The translations under genes and the position numbers were made by a program. This document shows, piece by piece, positions 1 to 9,569 of a DNA stretch of 64,000 bases. The notes under the pieces are model-generated. The model searched no databases. It saw nothing but the letters and a program-made list of their open reading frames with translations, and was not told the DNA's origin. The stretch comes from Candidatus Buchananbacteria bacterium CG10_big_fil_rev_8_21_14_0_10_33_19. Its GTDB lineage: Bacteria; Patescibacteriota; Patescibacteriia; 2-01-FULL-39-33. How positions within the stretch are numbered: position 1 is the first letter of the stretch; every line of letters begins with the position of its first letter. The stretch spans positions 297,613-361,612 of the forward strand of contig PEZY01000012.1 in the NCBI GenBank assembly GCA_002773855.1. Direction: 5' to 3'.

Positions 1-2
1 CA

Positions 3-86
3 GTAGCTCTGGTGTTAGAAGAATTAAAGCGGTCTTGGAATAGTTTTAAAATCAACAAATTAAATAGAGCTACTGATCTGAATTAG
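3..86 (+). CDS. 3' end of an upstream CDS, truncated by the window (unidentified, ends ...RATDLN*)
   Basis: Open frame running in from the window edge to TAG at 84-86; sits where adk/map would be upstream of infA, but the sequence is not recognisable. Confidence 0.25.
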   Translation, partial: VALVLEELKRSWNSFKINKLNRATDLN

Positions 87-155
87 TAGCTCTATTTAAT
101 TGCTAAAATAAGGCTTTTTAAACACTTCAAGCACTGTTTGAAGTGTTTAAAAAAA
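62..155. terminator. Two consecutive stem-loops: a 13-bp perfect hairpin at 62-97 and a hairpin at 120-148 flanked by A and T runs
   Basis: aaatagagctact...agtagctctattt, then aaacacttcaa-gcactg-ttgaagtgttt with ttttt/aaaaaaa flanks. Confidence 0.45.
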
Positions 156-247
156 TAGACTATTTTTAATTACTTTACATTATATTATTTATTTGTTAAT
201 CTAATTGAGCTTTGTTCTATTTATCCCGTTTTTTTGGCTTAATTATC

Positions 248-314
248 TTGACAGGTTTTATATTTTGATATAAGATGAACTTGTATTGACAAATAATTCA
301 AATCTGCTATAATT
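248..314 (+). promoter_or_regulatory. Tandem sigma70-like promoters for the alpha ribosomal operon
   Basis: TTGACA(248-253)-N17-TAAGAT(271-276), and TTGACA(286-291)-N16/17-TATAAT(308-313). Confidence 0.6.
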
Positions 315-428
315 ATCACAGCAGAAAAAACAAACAAAAATAGCTTATTTAAGTTTAAATTCTGGGCTAGCTGAGTAATGCACTTATGTTGCCAAGAATT
401 TTATTTTATAATAAAATATCAGTGTTTA

Positions 429-668
429 ATGTCAAATAAGGAAGGAAACACCCAACAGTCTAAGGACTTTTTGGAACTTGATGGAGAAGTAATAGAATCT
501 CTACCAGCCACTACTTTTAAAGTAAAGTTGGATAATGGTCATGAGATTTTAGCCCACTTATCAGGGAAGATGAGGATGTTTAACATCCGTATTTTGCCAG
601 GTGATAAAGTCAAGATTCAAATGACACCTTATGACTTAACCAAGGGTAGAATAACTTATCGTTACTAA
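429..668 (+). CDS. infA: translation initiation factor IF-1
   Basis: S1-like domain, [18 protein letters not shown] motif. I placed the start at Met 429 (79 aa); the ORF track's 378 start adds a non-homologous N-terminus. Confidence 0.9.
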   Translation: MSNKEGNTQQSKDFLELDGEVIESLPATTFKVKLDNGHEILAHLSGKMRMFNIRILPGDKVKIQMTPYDLTKGRITYRY

Positions 669-678
669 AAAGATAATT

Positions 679-792
679 ATGAAAGTAAGATCATCAGTTA
701 AAAAAATCTGCAAGGATTGTCAGGTTGTACGTCGCAAAAAAAGACTTGTAGTTATATGTAAGAACCCTAAACATAAACAACGACAGGGTTAA
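679..792 (+). CDS. rpmJ: 50S ribosomal protein L36
   Basis: 37 aa [37 protein letters not shown], under the track's length cut-off; zinc-ribbon CxxC..C..H. Confidence 0.95.
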   Translation: MKVRSSVKKICKDCQVVRRKKRLVVICKNPKHKQRQG

Positions 793-826
793 TTTAATCT
801 AATATTTTTAAATTTTTAAAACAGAT

Positions 827-1219
827 ATGGCAGTAAGAATTGCAGGAACAACTTTACCAAATGATAAAAGAGTGGAGATTGGCTTGACTTATATTTTGGG
901 TATTGGTAGAACACTTTCTGGTAATATTTTAAAGAAAGCTAAGGTTGACCCAAGTATTAGAATTAAAGATTTGACTGAAGATCAGGCTAATGAACTTAGA
1001 AATATTATTGAAAAGCAATACACAGTCGAAGGTGAACTGCGAAGAGAGGTGATGAGTAATATAAAAAGGTTGAAGGAAATAAAATCGTATAGAGGTTCTA
1101 GACATTCTAAGAATCTACCAGCCAGAGGACAAAGAACAAAAACAAATAATCGGACTGTTAGAGGCAATGTTAGAAAGACTTCTGGATCGGGTCGAAAAGA
1201 TTCTGGTCAAAAAACCTAA
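827..1219 (+). CDS. rpsM: 30S ribosomal protein S13
   Basis: MARIAGV-type N-terminus and a basic C-terminal tail. Confidence 0.95.
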   Translation: MAVRIAGTTLPNDKRVEIGLTYILGIGRTLSGNILKKAKVDPSIRIKDLTEDQANELRNIIEKQYTVEGELRREVMSNIKRLKEIKSYRGSRHSKNLPARGQRTKTNNRTVRGNVRKTSGSGRKDSGQKT

Positions 1220-1243
1220 TTTAACCGAAATTAAATTTTCAAA

Positions 1244-1696
1244 ATGAGCGAAGAATTGAAAAATACAAATGAATCAACAGTAGAACCAAAGGATTCTAAG
1301 GATAAAACCAAAAAATCTAGAACCAAAGGTAAAAAGGGTGTAGTTAGACAAGTAGCATCTGGTCGAGCTTATGTTAAGTCTACTTATAACAATACTATTG
1401 TTACTTTTACCGATCAAAACGGCAACGTTTTAAGCTGGTCCTCAGCTGGTCAATGTGGTTTTAAAGGTCCTAAAAAATCTACCCCTTATGCTGCTAGTAT
1501 GATAGTTAAGGATGCCTTTGAAAAGGCTAAGAAATATGGTCTTAAAGAGGTTTCAGTATTTGTTAAGGGTATTGGTGGTGGACGAGAAGCATCTATTAGA
1601 GCTTTGAATGCTAATGGTATTAATGTGAATAACATTAAAGATGTAACTCCTATTCCTCACAATGGTTGTCGAGCGAAGAAACCACGAAGAGTTTAA
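1244..1696 (+). CDS. rpsK: 30S ribosomal protein S11
   Basis: Conserved S11 core [28 protein letters not shown]. Confidence 0.95.
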   Translation: MSEELKNTNESTVEPKDSKDKTKKSRTKGKKGVVRQVASGRAYVKSTYNNTIVTFTDQNGNVLSWSSAGQCGFKGPKKSTPYAASMIVKDAFEKAKKYGLKEVSVFVKGIGGGREASIRALNANGINVNNIKDVTPIPHNGCRAKKPRRV

Positions 1697-1728
1697 TAAT
1701 TATAAAGATCAGTTAAATATTCAAAATA

Positions 1729-2355
1729 ATGAAGAGTCAAGATCCACAATGTAAAAAATGCCGAAGAGCTGGTGAAAAGCTATTTCTTAAAGGTGAAAAA
1801 TGTGAAGGTGCCAAGTGCACTTTGGTTAAGAGAAATTTTGCTCCAGGTGTCCACGGTAATAAAGGCTTTAAAAGATTGACTAACTATGGTAAGCAATTAG
1901 CTGAAAAGCAAAAAGCTAAAAGAATGTACGGTTTAAGAGAAAAGCAATTTGCTAGTTATTTTGACAAGTCATTTAAAAAAGTTGGTAAAACCGGTGAGTT
2001 ACTGTTTGGTATGTTGGAAAACAGATTAGACAATACTGTGTTTAGATTGGGCTTTGGTAAATCACGAAGTCACGCTAGACAAATTGTTGGTCATGGTCAC
2101 ATTGAAGTAAATGGCAAAAAAGTTGATATTCCTTCATACCAGGTTAAAGTTGGAGATATTATTTCTATCAAGGAAAAGGCTATGAAGTCACCAGCCTTTG
2201 TTAATATTAAAGAAGACTTAGAAAAGAAAGAATTAGTGCCTTGGATATCTTTAGACAAAAAAGAATTAAAAGGTAAAATTACTGGCGTACCTAATTTATC
2301 AGATGTGGCTTTAAATATTGACTGGCAAAGCATCGTTGAGTTCTATTCTAAATAA
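1729..2355 (+). CDS. rpsD: 30S ribosomal protein S4
   Basis: N-terminal CxxC zinc motif and S4 RNA-binding domain. Confidence 0.95.
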   Translation: MKSQDPQCKKCRRAGEKLFLKGEKCEGAKCTLVKRNFAPGVHGNKGFKRLTNYGKQLAEKQKAKRMYGLREKQFASYFDKSFKKVGKTGELLFGMLENRLDNTVFRLGFGKSRSHARQIVGHGHIEVNGKKVDIPSYQVKVGDIISIKEKAMKSPAFVNIKEDLEKKELVPWISLDKKELKGKITGVPNLSDVALNIDWQSIVEFYSK

Positions 2356-2400
2356 TATTTATACTAAATCATTGCCGTCAAAGGCAGGAGGAAAAAAAAT

Positions 2401-3267
2401 ATGAAACATATCTCACTACCCAAAAAATTTACTATCGAGGCAGAAGAAAAAGGCAACAAAGCTAAGGTTGTTATTGAGCCTTGTTTTCCAGGTTATGGAA
2501 TGACATTAGGCAACGCTCTAAGACGAGTGCTTTTGTCATCTCTGCCAGGTGGCGCAGTTACTGCTATAAAGATTAATGGTGTTAGTCATGAATTTAGTGC
2601 TATTGAAAATGTGTCTGAAGACGTGGTTGAAATCATTCTTAATCTTAAGCAATTAAATGTCAAAGTTTATAGTGATGAGCCAGTAGTATTAAAAGTTAGC
2701 GCTAACGGTGAGGGTAAAGTAACTGGTGCTGATGTAGAAAAGTCTTCTGATGCTGAAGTGGTTAATAAAGATCAAATTATTGCTACTTTAAATAGTAAGG
2801 ATGCGAAATTTGATATGGAAATTACTGTAGCTAAGGGTATTGGTTATGTGCCATCTGAAGAACAAGTAAACAGTAAAGAAAAGGGTGAGATTGGCGTTAT
2901 ATTGATTGATTCTATTTTTACACCAGTTGTTAATGTATCTTTGAATGTTGAAGCGACTCGAGTTGGTCAGAAGGTTGATTATGATAAAATCATTTTAGAT
3001 GTTGAAACTGACGGTACTATTACTGCTGAAGAGGCTGTACAAAAAGCGGCTGAAATTTTAGCTAATCAGTTTAGTTGGATAATGGAAGGTGGCCGAGTGG
3101 AAATGGAAGAAGTTGATGTTGAAGCTCCGGTTGAGATTTCAGAAGATAGTACTATGGCAGAAATTGAAAAAGAAGAAGTTGTTGAAGCTGAAGTTAAAGA
3201 CTCACTCGAAGAAGAAAAGCCAGCAAAAAAGAAAAGAGCTAAAAAAGAAGAATCTACTGAAGAATAA
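2401..3267 (+). CDS. rpoA: DNA-directed RNA polymerase alpha subunit; N-terminal domain only, with an acidic tail
   Basis: NTD motifs GYGMTLGNALRRVLLSSLPG; the C-terminus is an E/K-rich low-complexity tail rather than a recognisable alpha-CTD. Confidence 0.85.
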   Translation: MKHISLPKKFTIEAEEKGNKAKVVIEPCFPGYGMTLGNALRRVLLSSLPGGAVTAIKINGVSHEFSAIENVSEDVVEIILNLKQLNVKVYSDEPVVLKVSANGEGKVTGADVEKSSDAEVVNKDQIIATLNSKDAKFDMEITVAKGIGYVPSEEQVNSKEKGEIGVILIDSIFTPVVNVSLNVEATRVGQKVDYDKIILDVETDGTITAEEAVQKAAEILANQFSWIMEGGRVEMEEVDVEAPVEISEDSTMAEIEKEEVVEAEVKDSLEEEKPAKKKRAKKEESTEE

Positions 3268-3303
3268 AAATAATACATTTGCTATAGTTGCAATCCAAAT
3301 ATT

Positions 3304-3666
3304 ATGAGACATCAAAAGAAAGGTAAAAAATTAGGCAGAACGGCAGCTCCAAGAAAAGCTTTGTTTAGAAGTTTGGTTACTAGCTTTGTGATTTATGAAA
3401 AGATCAAAACCACTCAAGCCAAGGCTAAAGCGCTTCGTCCAATTGCCGAAAAAATGATTACTTTAGCAAAGAAGGACACTCTTCATAATCGTCGACAGGC
3501 TTTGAAGGTGTTATATGTTGAAGATGCTGTTAAAAAGTTATTTGAAGTTATTGGTCCTAGATACAAAGAAAGAAATGGCGGTTATACTAGAATCGTCAAA
3601 TTAATGCCAAGAAAAAATGATGGTGCAGAAATGGCTATTTTAGAATTAGTTGAGGATAAAGAATAA
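3304..3666 (+). CDS. rplQ: 50S ribosomal protein L17
   Basis: [20 protein letters not shown]... family signature. Confidence 0.95.
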   Translation: MRHQKKGKKLGRTAAPRKALFRSLVTSFVIYEKIKTTQAKAKALRPIAEKMITLAKKDTLHNRRQALKVLYVEDAVKKLFEVIGPRYKERNGGYTRIVKLMPRKNDGAEMAILELVEDKE

Positions 3667-3667
3667 T

Positions 3668-4024
3668 ATGGAAAAAATAGAACGAAAAACTCATCAAATC
3701 GATGCTACAGATAGACCACTTGGTAGATTAGCAACTGAAGTGGCTATGATTTTACGTGGCAAGAATAAAGCTACTTTTCAACCCCATATTGATGGCGGTG
3801 ATATTGTAGAAATTACCAATGCTCATAAAATTAAATTTACTGGTAAGAAGCTAGAACAAAAAGAATTTATTTCTCATAGTAATCACCCAGGTGGTTTAAA
3901 AAGAAAGAAAGTTAAGGATGTTTTTAAAGCTGATCCAGGTGATGTACTAAGAAGAGCAGTTGTTGGTATGTTACCAAAAAATAAATTAAGAGATTTAATG
4001 ATTAAGAGATTGATAATCAAATAA
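3668..4024 (+). CDS. rplM: 50S ribosomal protein L13
   Basis: L13 signature; start moved to the ATG at 3668, directly after the rplQ stop. Confidence 0.9.
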   Translation: MEKIERKTHQIDATDRPLGRLATEVAMILRGKNKATFQPHIDGGDIVEITNAHKIKFTGKKLEQKEFISHSNHPGGLKRKKVKDVFKADPGDVLRRAVVGMLPKNKLRDLMIKRLIIK

Positions 4025-4026
4025 TT

Positions 4027-4437
4027 ATGCCTGAAGAAACTAAAACTAAAAAGTATATTTACGCTAAGGGAGCTAGAAAAAGTTCTACCGCTCAGGCTAG
4101 ATTGTATGAAGGTGGTAAAGGTGGGGTAGAAGTTAATGGTTTAAAATTGAAAGAATATTTTAAAACGCAAGCTCTGCAAGATGTTTTTTTGAGTCCTCTT
4201 AAATTAACTAGTCATTTAAAAGACCTTGATGTTACTGTTAAGGTTCATAGTGGTGGTCAACAAGGTCAGGCTGATGCTTGTCGTCACGCCATATCTAGAG
4301 CTTTAATCTTATTGGATAAGGAACTTAGACCAGCCTTAAAAGCTGAAGGTTTCTTGACTCGTGATCCAAGAGTGAAAGAAAGAAAAAAACCAGGCTTGAA
4401 GGGCGCTAGAAAAGCCCCACAATGGAGCAAGCGTTAA
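4027..4437 (+). CDS. rpsI: 30S ribosomal protein S9
   Basis: C-terminal ...GLKGARKAPQWSKR. Confidence 0.95.
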   Translation: MPEETKTKKYIYAKGARKSSTAQARLYEGGKGGVEVNGLKLKEYFKTQALQDVFLSPLKLTSHLKDLDVTVKVHSGGQQGQADACRHAISRALILLDKELRPALKAEGFLTRDPRVKERKKPGLKGARKAPQWSKR

Positions 4438-4460
4438 AGCTTATATTATTGTATATATAA

Positions 4461-4491
4461 AACACTCAACATTCCGTTGGGTGTTTTTGTT
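4461..4491 (+). terminator. Rho-independent terminator ending the ribosomal operon
   Basis: aacactcaac-attccg-gttgggtgtt followed by ttttt. Confidence 0.7.
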
Positions 4492-4556
4492 TCTCTGGAA
4501 TTATTTTTTGACAATATACTATTTTTATGTTATGATTAAGAGACCAACAAAAGGAG

Positions 4557-4793
4557 ATGGTTATGAGACTCTGGAATTGGATTGTCGACAGGTTGCCATT
4601 AATTGTTTTTTGTTCATTGATAATAATATTTTTAAGTATTTGTTTCGCTGGTTTGTATTTATTAATCTTTCAGGCTAATTTAGTTGGATTATTGGTATTA
4701 CTTATTGGTTTTTGTTTAACGGTTGGCTTAATTATTTTTTTGTATAAACTAACAGAAGCTGTTATGGTAGTTTATTATGGTGATATTAATTAA
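4557..4793 (+). CDS. hypothetical small membrane protein (2 TM)
   Basis: Hydrophobic ORF; overlaps an alternative frame at 4481-4678. Confidence 0.3.
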   Translation: MVMRLWNWIVDRLPLIVFCSLIIIFLSICFAGLYLLIFQANLVGLLVLLIGFCLTVGLIIFLYKLTEAVMVVYYGDIN

Positions 4794-4869
4794 GTCTAAT
4801 CCGGGATTAATATGTTAGCTCTCAATAGGGAGCTTTTTTTATTGTTTAAATTGGGTTATAATTATTGAT

Positions 4870-6309
4870 ATGACTCATGGAAAATTAGCTAAAAATACCT
4901 TCTTTTTTACTATATCATTGGCTATTCAAAAGGCCATATCTTTTTTGTATTTTATTTTAATTGCTAGGGCTGTCAGTGTTGATGATTTAGGTAAATATTC
5001 ATTTGCTTTGAGTTTTGCTACGATTTTTTCTATGTTTTTGGATTTTGGTACGACTCAAATATTGGTTCGTGAAAGTGCCCGTAAAAAAGAAGACTCCCAA
5101 AAGTATTTATCTAATGTTCTGGGTTTTAAATTAATCGTGTCGGTTTTTGTCTATTTGTTAATTGTCACAGCGGTTAATTTAATGGGCTATCCAGAAATTA
5201 CTAAACAATTAGTGTATGTGACTGGCCTAGTCATTGTTCTTGATTCATTTAGTATCGCATTTTACTCAGTGTTAAGGGGTTTACAGAATTTAGTTTTTGA
5301 AAGTCTCGGTGTGATTGTTAATCAAATTATTTTACTTAGTTTGGGTTTTGTAGTTTTACAATTGAACTTAGGTTTAGTGGTTCTGATGAGTGTTTATGTG
5401 GTTGGTACTTTATTTAATTTATTTTATTCCGCTGCTTTGTTAAGTTTTAAATATAAGGTTTTTCCTAAGCCAGATTTTTCTGCTAGTTTAATTTTAAAAA
5501 TTTTAAAAATATCATTGCCGTTTGCGATTGCTGGAGTTTTTGTAAGATTATATTCCTATATGGATGTAATTATATTATCTAAATTAACTAATGATGAGGC
5601 GGTTGGTATATATAGTGTGGCTTATAAAGTAACATTTGCCTTGCAGTTTATTGGTGTGGCTTTTTCGGCGGCTATTTATCCAGCTTTTTGTAATTATTTT
5701 GTTTCTTCAAAGGAGATGTTAGCGAAAAGTTTTACTAAATCAGTTTATTATTTATTAATTATTTCCATGCCACTTTCAGTGGGAATTATTACTATTGCTG
5801 ATAAAGCGATAGTGCCAATTTTTGGTGCTGGTTATAGTGAAGCGATAGTGCCATTGCAAATATTAATGGTGTCATTAGTAATTATATTTTTAGCCTTTCC
5901 GGTCGGTGCTTTACTTAATGCTGCTAACAAGCAAACTGCTAACACCGTAGTGTTGGGCTTCATCGCTTTATTTAATATAGTCGCTAATTTAATATTAGTA
6001 CCAATGTTTAGTTATAATGGAGCAGCTTTAGCCGCACTTTTAAGCTACGTGTTGCTATTCTTTATTGGTTTGATTTTGGTTGGTAGTGTAATTAATTATG
6101 ATAAAAAATATCTTTTAATTTCAGCTGTTAAAATAATAATTAGTTGTGTGGCGATGGGATTTTTAGTGATTTTCTTAAAAGAAAGGTTGCATTTTATGAT
6201 AGTTATTCCGATTGGGGCCTTGGCTTATTTTGTGGTTTTATATGTTACCAAAGGTTTCACTCAAAACGATATATTTCAACTTAGGGATTTGTTATTAAAA
6301 AAAACTTAA
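4870..6309 (+). CDS. polysaccharide biosynthesis protein / Wzx-like flippase (MOP superfamily)
   Basis: About 12-14 TM helices and the N-terminal pattern typical of PST-family flippases. Confidence 0.7.
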   Translation: MTHGKLAKNTFFFTISLAIQKAISFLYFILIARAVSVDDLGKYSFALSFATIFSMFLDFGTTQILVRESARKKEDSQKYLSNVLGFKLIVSVFVYLLIVTAVNLMGYPEITKQLVYVTGLVIVLDSFSIAFYSVLRGLQNLVFESLGVIVNQIILLSLGFVVLQLNLGLVVLMSVYVVGTLFNLFYSAALLSFKYKVFPKPDFSASLILKILKISLPFAIAGVFVRLYSYMDVIILSKLTNDEAVGIYSVAYKVTFALQFIGVAFSAAIYPAFCNYFVSSKEMLAKSFTKSVYYLLIISMPLSVGIITIADKAIVPIFGAGYSEAIVPLQILMVSLVIIFLAFPVGALLNAANKQTANTVVLGFIALFNIVANLILVPMFSYNGAALAALLSYVLLFFIGLILVGSVINYDKKYLLISAVKIIISCVAMGFLVIFLKERLHFMIVIPIGALAYFVVLYVTKGFTQNDIFQLRDLLLKKT

Positions 6310-6310
6310 T

Positions 6311-7420
6311 ATGAAAAAAACTCTACTAGTGACTTATTTTTTCCCACCGCAAATTGGCGGCATTGAAAATTATTATTTAAATCTGTGTGCCAATCTTCCT
6401 AGTGATAAGATAGTAGTGTTAACGCAAGAAAATAGCAACACCGATGAATTTGATAATCAACAGAATTATAAAATTCATCGCACAAATTTTTTTGGTGGTT
6501 TTTTATCGCCACGTTGGCGACATTTAAAAGGTAAAATTAAAAAAATTAAAGAAGAGGAGGGAATTGAACAAATTATTTTTGGTCATTTTCATCCATTGAA
6601 TATCTTGGGGAATTATTTAGATTTGCCATATTATATTTTTGTTCATGGTACTGATGTGAAGCAAGTTAGACACAGTTTATGGCAGAGAATAATTTTTAAG
6701 AAGGTTTATAATGATTGTAAAAAAATTGTTGCCAATAGTAATTATATAGCTAGTGAAGTTGAATCTATAGTTAAAGATAAAAATAAAGTCATAGTTATTC
6801 ATCCGGGTATTAATTATCAAATGTTTTCTCAAAAATCAGATCAGATTGAAAGCAAAAGACGAGAATTAAATTTTAAATCAACTGATTTAATAATATTGAG
6901 TATGGGTAGGTTAGTCAAGCAAAAGAATTTTCAGACAATCATTAAATTGTTCCCAGATTTGTTGATAGATTTTCCTAATTTAAAATATATTATTGCTGGT
7001 GATGGGCCAGAAAGAGACCAGCTAATGAAATTAGTTTACAACTTGGGACTTAAAAATAATATTAAATTTGTGGGACGAGTTGATAATAATGACCATAGTA
7101 AAAAAGTTTATTATCAATTGGCTGATTTATTTGTTTCGGTATCTAGTATTGCCGAAGGTTTTGGGATTACCTATTTAGAGGCTCAAGCTAGCGGATTGCC
7201 AATCGTGGCTTCTAGAATTGGTGGCAGTAGTGAAGCGGTCGCTAGTAACCAAACTGGCATATTAGTAGATCCCAATGACTTGGGTCAAATTAAAGAGGCA
7301 GTTCATGAATTATTGAATAATAATAATAAAAGACAGGAATATGCGGTGGCCGGCCAAAAAAGAGCTTTAGATAAGTTTGATTGGCCTCAACAGGTAAATA
7401 AAATAAAAGAAATTTTATAA
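6311..7420 (+). CDS. glycosyltransferase family 4
   Basis: GT-B fold with the C-terminal EGFG..E..A.G.PV motif. Confidence 0.8.
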   Translation: MKKTLLVTYFFPPQIGGIENYYLNLCANLPSDKIVVLTQENSNTDEFDNQQNYKIHRTNFFGGFLSPRWRHLKGKIKKIKEEEGIEQIIFGHFHPLNILGNYLDLPYYIFVHGTDVKQVRHSLWQRIIFKKVYNDCKKIVANSNYIASEVESIVKDKNKVIVIHPGINYQMFSQKSDQIESKRRELNFKSTDLIILSMGRLVKQKNFQTIIKLFPDLLIDFPNLKYIIAGDGPERDQLMKLVYNLGLKNNIKFVGRVDNNDHSKKVYYQLADLFVSVSSIAEGFGITYLEAQASGLPIVASRIGGSSEAVASNQTGILVDPNDLGQIKEAVHELLNNNNKRQEYAVAGQKRALDKFDWPQQVNKIKEIL

Positions 7421-7427
7421 AATAATT

Positions 7428-8111
7428 ATGTCTAAGATTAGTGTGGTTATACCAGTTTATAATTCTAGTCAAACTATTGGTCAATGCCTGAAGAGTGTGT
7501 TTGCTCAAACTTTTAAAGACTTGGAAGTAATCGCTATTGATGATGGTTCTACAGATTCTTCGTGGTCTGCTTTGGAAAAATGGCAAGATCGAGTTAAGAT
7601 TTATCAGCAGAAGAATATGGGGGCACCAGCAGCCAGAAATTTTGGTTTTACCAAAAGTCATGGTGATTATGTTATTTTTTGTGATGCCGATGTGATTATG
7701 AGAAATGATATGTTACAAAAAATGTATGATAGGTTAGAAGCCAATAAAAACAAGGCTTATGCCTATTCATCATTTAAATTTGGCTGGAAAACTTTTAAAA
7801 TTTGGCCGTTTAACTTGGAGAAATTAAAAAACGGACCATATATACCTACTACTTCTTTAATCCGTCGTAATTATTTTCCGGGCTTTGACGAGTTCTTGAA
7901 AAAATTTCAGGATTGGGATTTATGGCTGACTATCTCTGAAAATGGTGGCGAAGGTATTTGGATAAATGAAGTGTTATTTGTGGCTAAAACTGGGGGCACT
8001 ATGAGTCGATGGCTTCCAAAATTATTTTATAAATTATCTTGGCTTAGTTTTGTAAAAAAATATAATCAAGCTAAAAAAATTATTCAAGATAAACATAACT
8101 TAAAGTCATGA
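7428..8111 (+). CDS. glycosyltransferase family 2
   Basis: VVIPVYN..DDGSTD and DxD motifs. Confidence 0.8.
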   Translation: MSKISVVIPVYNSSQTIGQCLKSVFAQTFKDLEVIAIDDGSTDSSWSALEKWQDRVKIYQQKNMGAPAARNFGFTKSHGDYVIFCDADVIMRNDMLQKMYDRLEANKNKAYAYSSFKFGWKTFKIWPFNLEKLKNGPYIPTTSLIRRNYFPGFDEFLKKFQDWDLWLTISENGGEGIWINEVLFVAKTGGTMSRWLPKLFYKLSWLSFVKKYNQAKKIIQDKHNLKS

Positions 8112-8782
8112 TTAGATTGCAAAAATTTTTAGCTGATGCTGGTGTAGCTTCTCGTCGTAAGGCCGAGGAGTTGATTTTAGCCGGTCGGATTAAAGTTAAT
8201 GGTCAGGTTGTTAAGGAGCTTGGTACTAAAGTTGATGAAGTTGAAGATAAAATTGAATATAATGGAAACATAGTAAGTGTAACAGTTGACAAAGTTTATA
8301 TAGCTTTAAATAAGCCCATTGGTTATATTTCTAGCGCGACTAGTAGTCAGGGTAAATCTGTATTGGATTTAGTGGATGTAGGCTATAGAATTTATCCAGT
8401 TGGTCGATTAGATAAGGATTCCAGTGGCTTAATTTTGTTGACCAATGATGGTGATTTTACTAATAAATTAACCCATGCTAAATATGGCTGTGAGAAGGAA
8501 TATGAAGTCGTAATTGATAAGTCATTTTTAGATATTGATAAAAAAGCTTTTGAGTCTGGAATGAAATTGGCTGGTTACAAACTGCAACCAGTTCAAATAA
8601 CATTAATTAAAGATAATTTAGTTAGGTTGGTTTTAAAAGAGGGGATCAATCGTCAAATTAGGAAAATGATGGGCAAACGAGGCTATAGTGTTATTAGTTT
8701 AAAAAGGATTAGAATTGGCAAATTAAAATTAGCTAATTTAGAATTGGGAAAGTGGAAAAAAATAAATAACCAAGATGTCTAA
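8108..8782 (+). CDS. pseudouridine synthase, RsuA/RluB family (N-terminal S4 domain)
   Basis: S4 motif plus catalytic GRLDKDSSGLILLTNDG. Confidence 0.85.
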   Translation: MIRLQKFLADAGVASRRKAEELILAGRIKVNGQVVKELGTKVDEVEDKIEYNGNIVSVTVDKVYIALNKPIGYISSATSSQGKSVLDLVDVGYRIYPVGRLDKDSSGLILLTNDGDFTNKLTHAKYGCEKEYEVVIDKSFLDIDKKAFESGMKLAGYKLQPVQITLIKDNLVRLVLKEGINRQIRKMMGKRGYSVISLKRIRIGKLKLANLELGKWKKINNQDV

Positions 8783-9566
8783 AAATATAGATTTATCAAT
8801 TATTATTGTTTCTTGGAATACTAAAGATTTATTAGATAAGTGTTTGAGATCAGTGTACGAAAATAATAGCCAACTTAATCTGGAGGTTTTTGTGGTAGAT
8901 AATAATTCTAAAGATCAGACAGTGGATATGGTTAAAAGTAAATATCCACTGGTTAAATTAATTTCTAATAATAAAAACTTAGGTTTTGCAGTCGCCAATA
9001 ATCAAGCTTTAAAAAAAGCGCAAGGTAAGTATATTTTATTGCTTAATCCGGATACTGAAATTTTAGAAAAAGCCTTAGAAAGAGCTATAGAATTTATGGC
9101 TAATCATTTAGATTGTGGGGTAATGGGGGCCAAATTACTAAACACTGATAAAACAGTTCAATTCTCGGTTAGAAAGTTGCCAACTTGGTGGCCAATATTT
9201 TTACTTTTAGTTAAGGCCCCTAAATTTTTTAAAAAGCTTAAAGCGTTGGATGATTATTTATGTTTGAATTTTAATTATAATAAATTACAAACAGTAGAGC
9301 AGGTGATGGGGGCGTTTATGTTGATGACCAAAAAATTAATTGATGAAATTGGTTTGTTAGATGAAAGATTTTTTATCTGGTTTGAAGAAGTTGATTTATG
9401 TCGGAGGGCTTTAGATAGTGGCTACCAAGTGGTTTATAATCCAGATATCGAAGTTCTTCATCATGGTGGCCAGAGTTTTGCTCAAGAGCAGATTATCAAA
9501 AAACAATTTATATTTTTTAAAAGTGCCATACAATATTTTTTAAAGCACGGGTTTTTAAATAAATAA
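8775..9566 (+). CDS. glycosyltransferase family 2
   Basis: SIIIVSWNTKD..VVDNNS..DxD motifs. Confidence 0.8.
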   Translation: MSKNIDLSIIIVSWNTKDLLDKCLRSVYENNSQLNLEVFVVDNNSKDQTVDMVKSKYPLVKLISNNKNLGFAVANNQALKKAQGKYILLLNPDTEILEKALERAIEFMANHLDCGVMGAKLLNTDKTVQFSVRKLPTWWPIFLLLVKAPKFFKKLKALDDYLCLNFNYNKLQTVEQVMGAFMLMTKKLIDEIGLLDERFFIWFEEVDLCRRALDSGYQVVYNPDIEVLHHGGQSFAQEQIIKKQFIFFKSAIQYFLKHGFLNK

Positions 9567-9569
9567 CCT

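Noticed and set aside
378-428. Longer infA start at 378
   Set aside because: The 17 extra residues ([17 protein letters not shown]) are not IF-1-like. Met at 429 gives the canonical roughly 79-aa protein.
982-1167. Antisense ORFs inside rpsM and several other genes (2097-2333, 3066-3278, 7290-7661, 11076-11258, 14257-14478, 15447-15638, 15995-16345, 17636-17926, 18997-19637, 27010-27219, 29975-30265, 32637-32930, 40327-40581, 43115-43456, 46726-46974, 47973-48231, 58473-58918, 60646-62052)
   Set aside because: Each lies entirely within a well-supported gene on the other strand, has biased low-complexity composition and no expression signals.
3089-3307. K-rich 72-aa ORF in another frame over the rpoA 3' end
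   Set aside because: A frame artefact of the GAA/AAG-rich acidic tail of rpoA.
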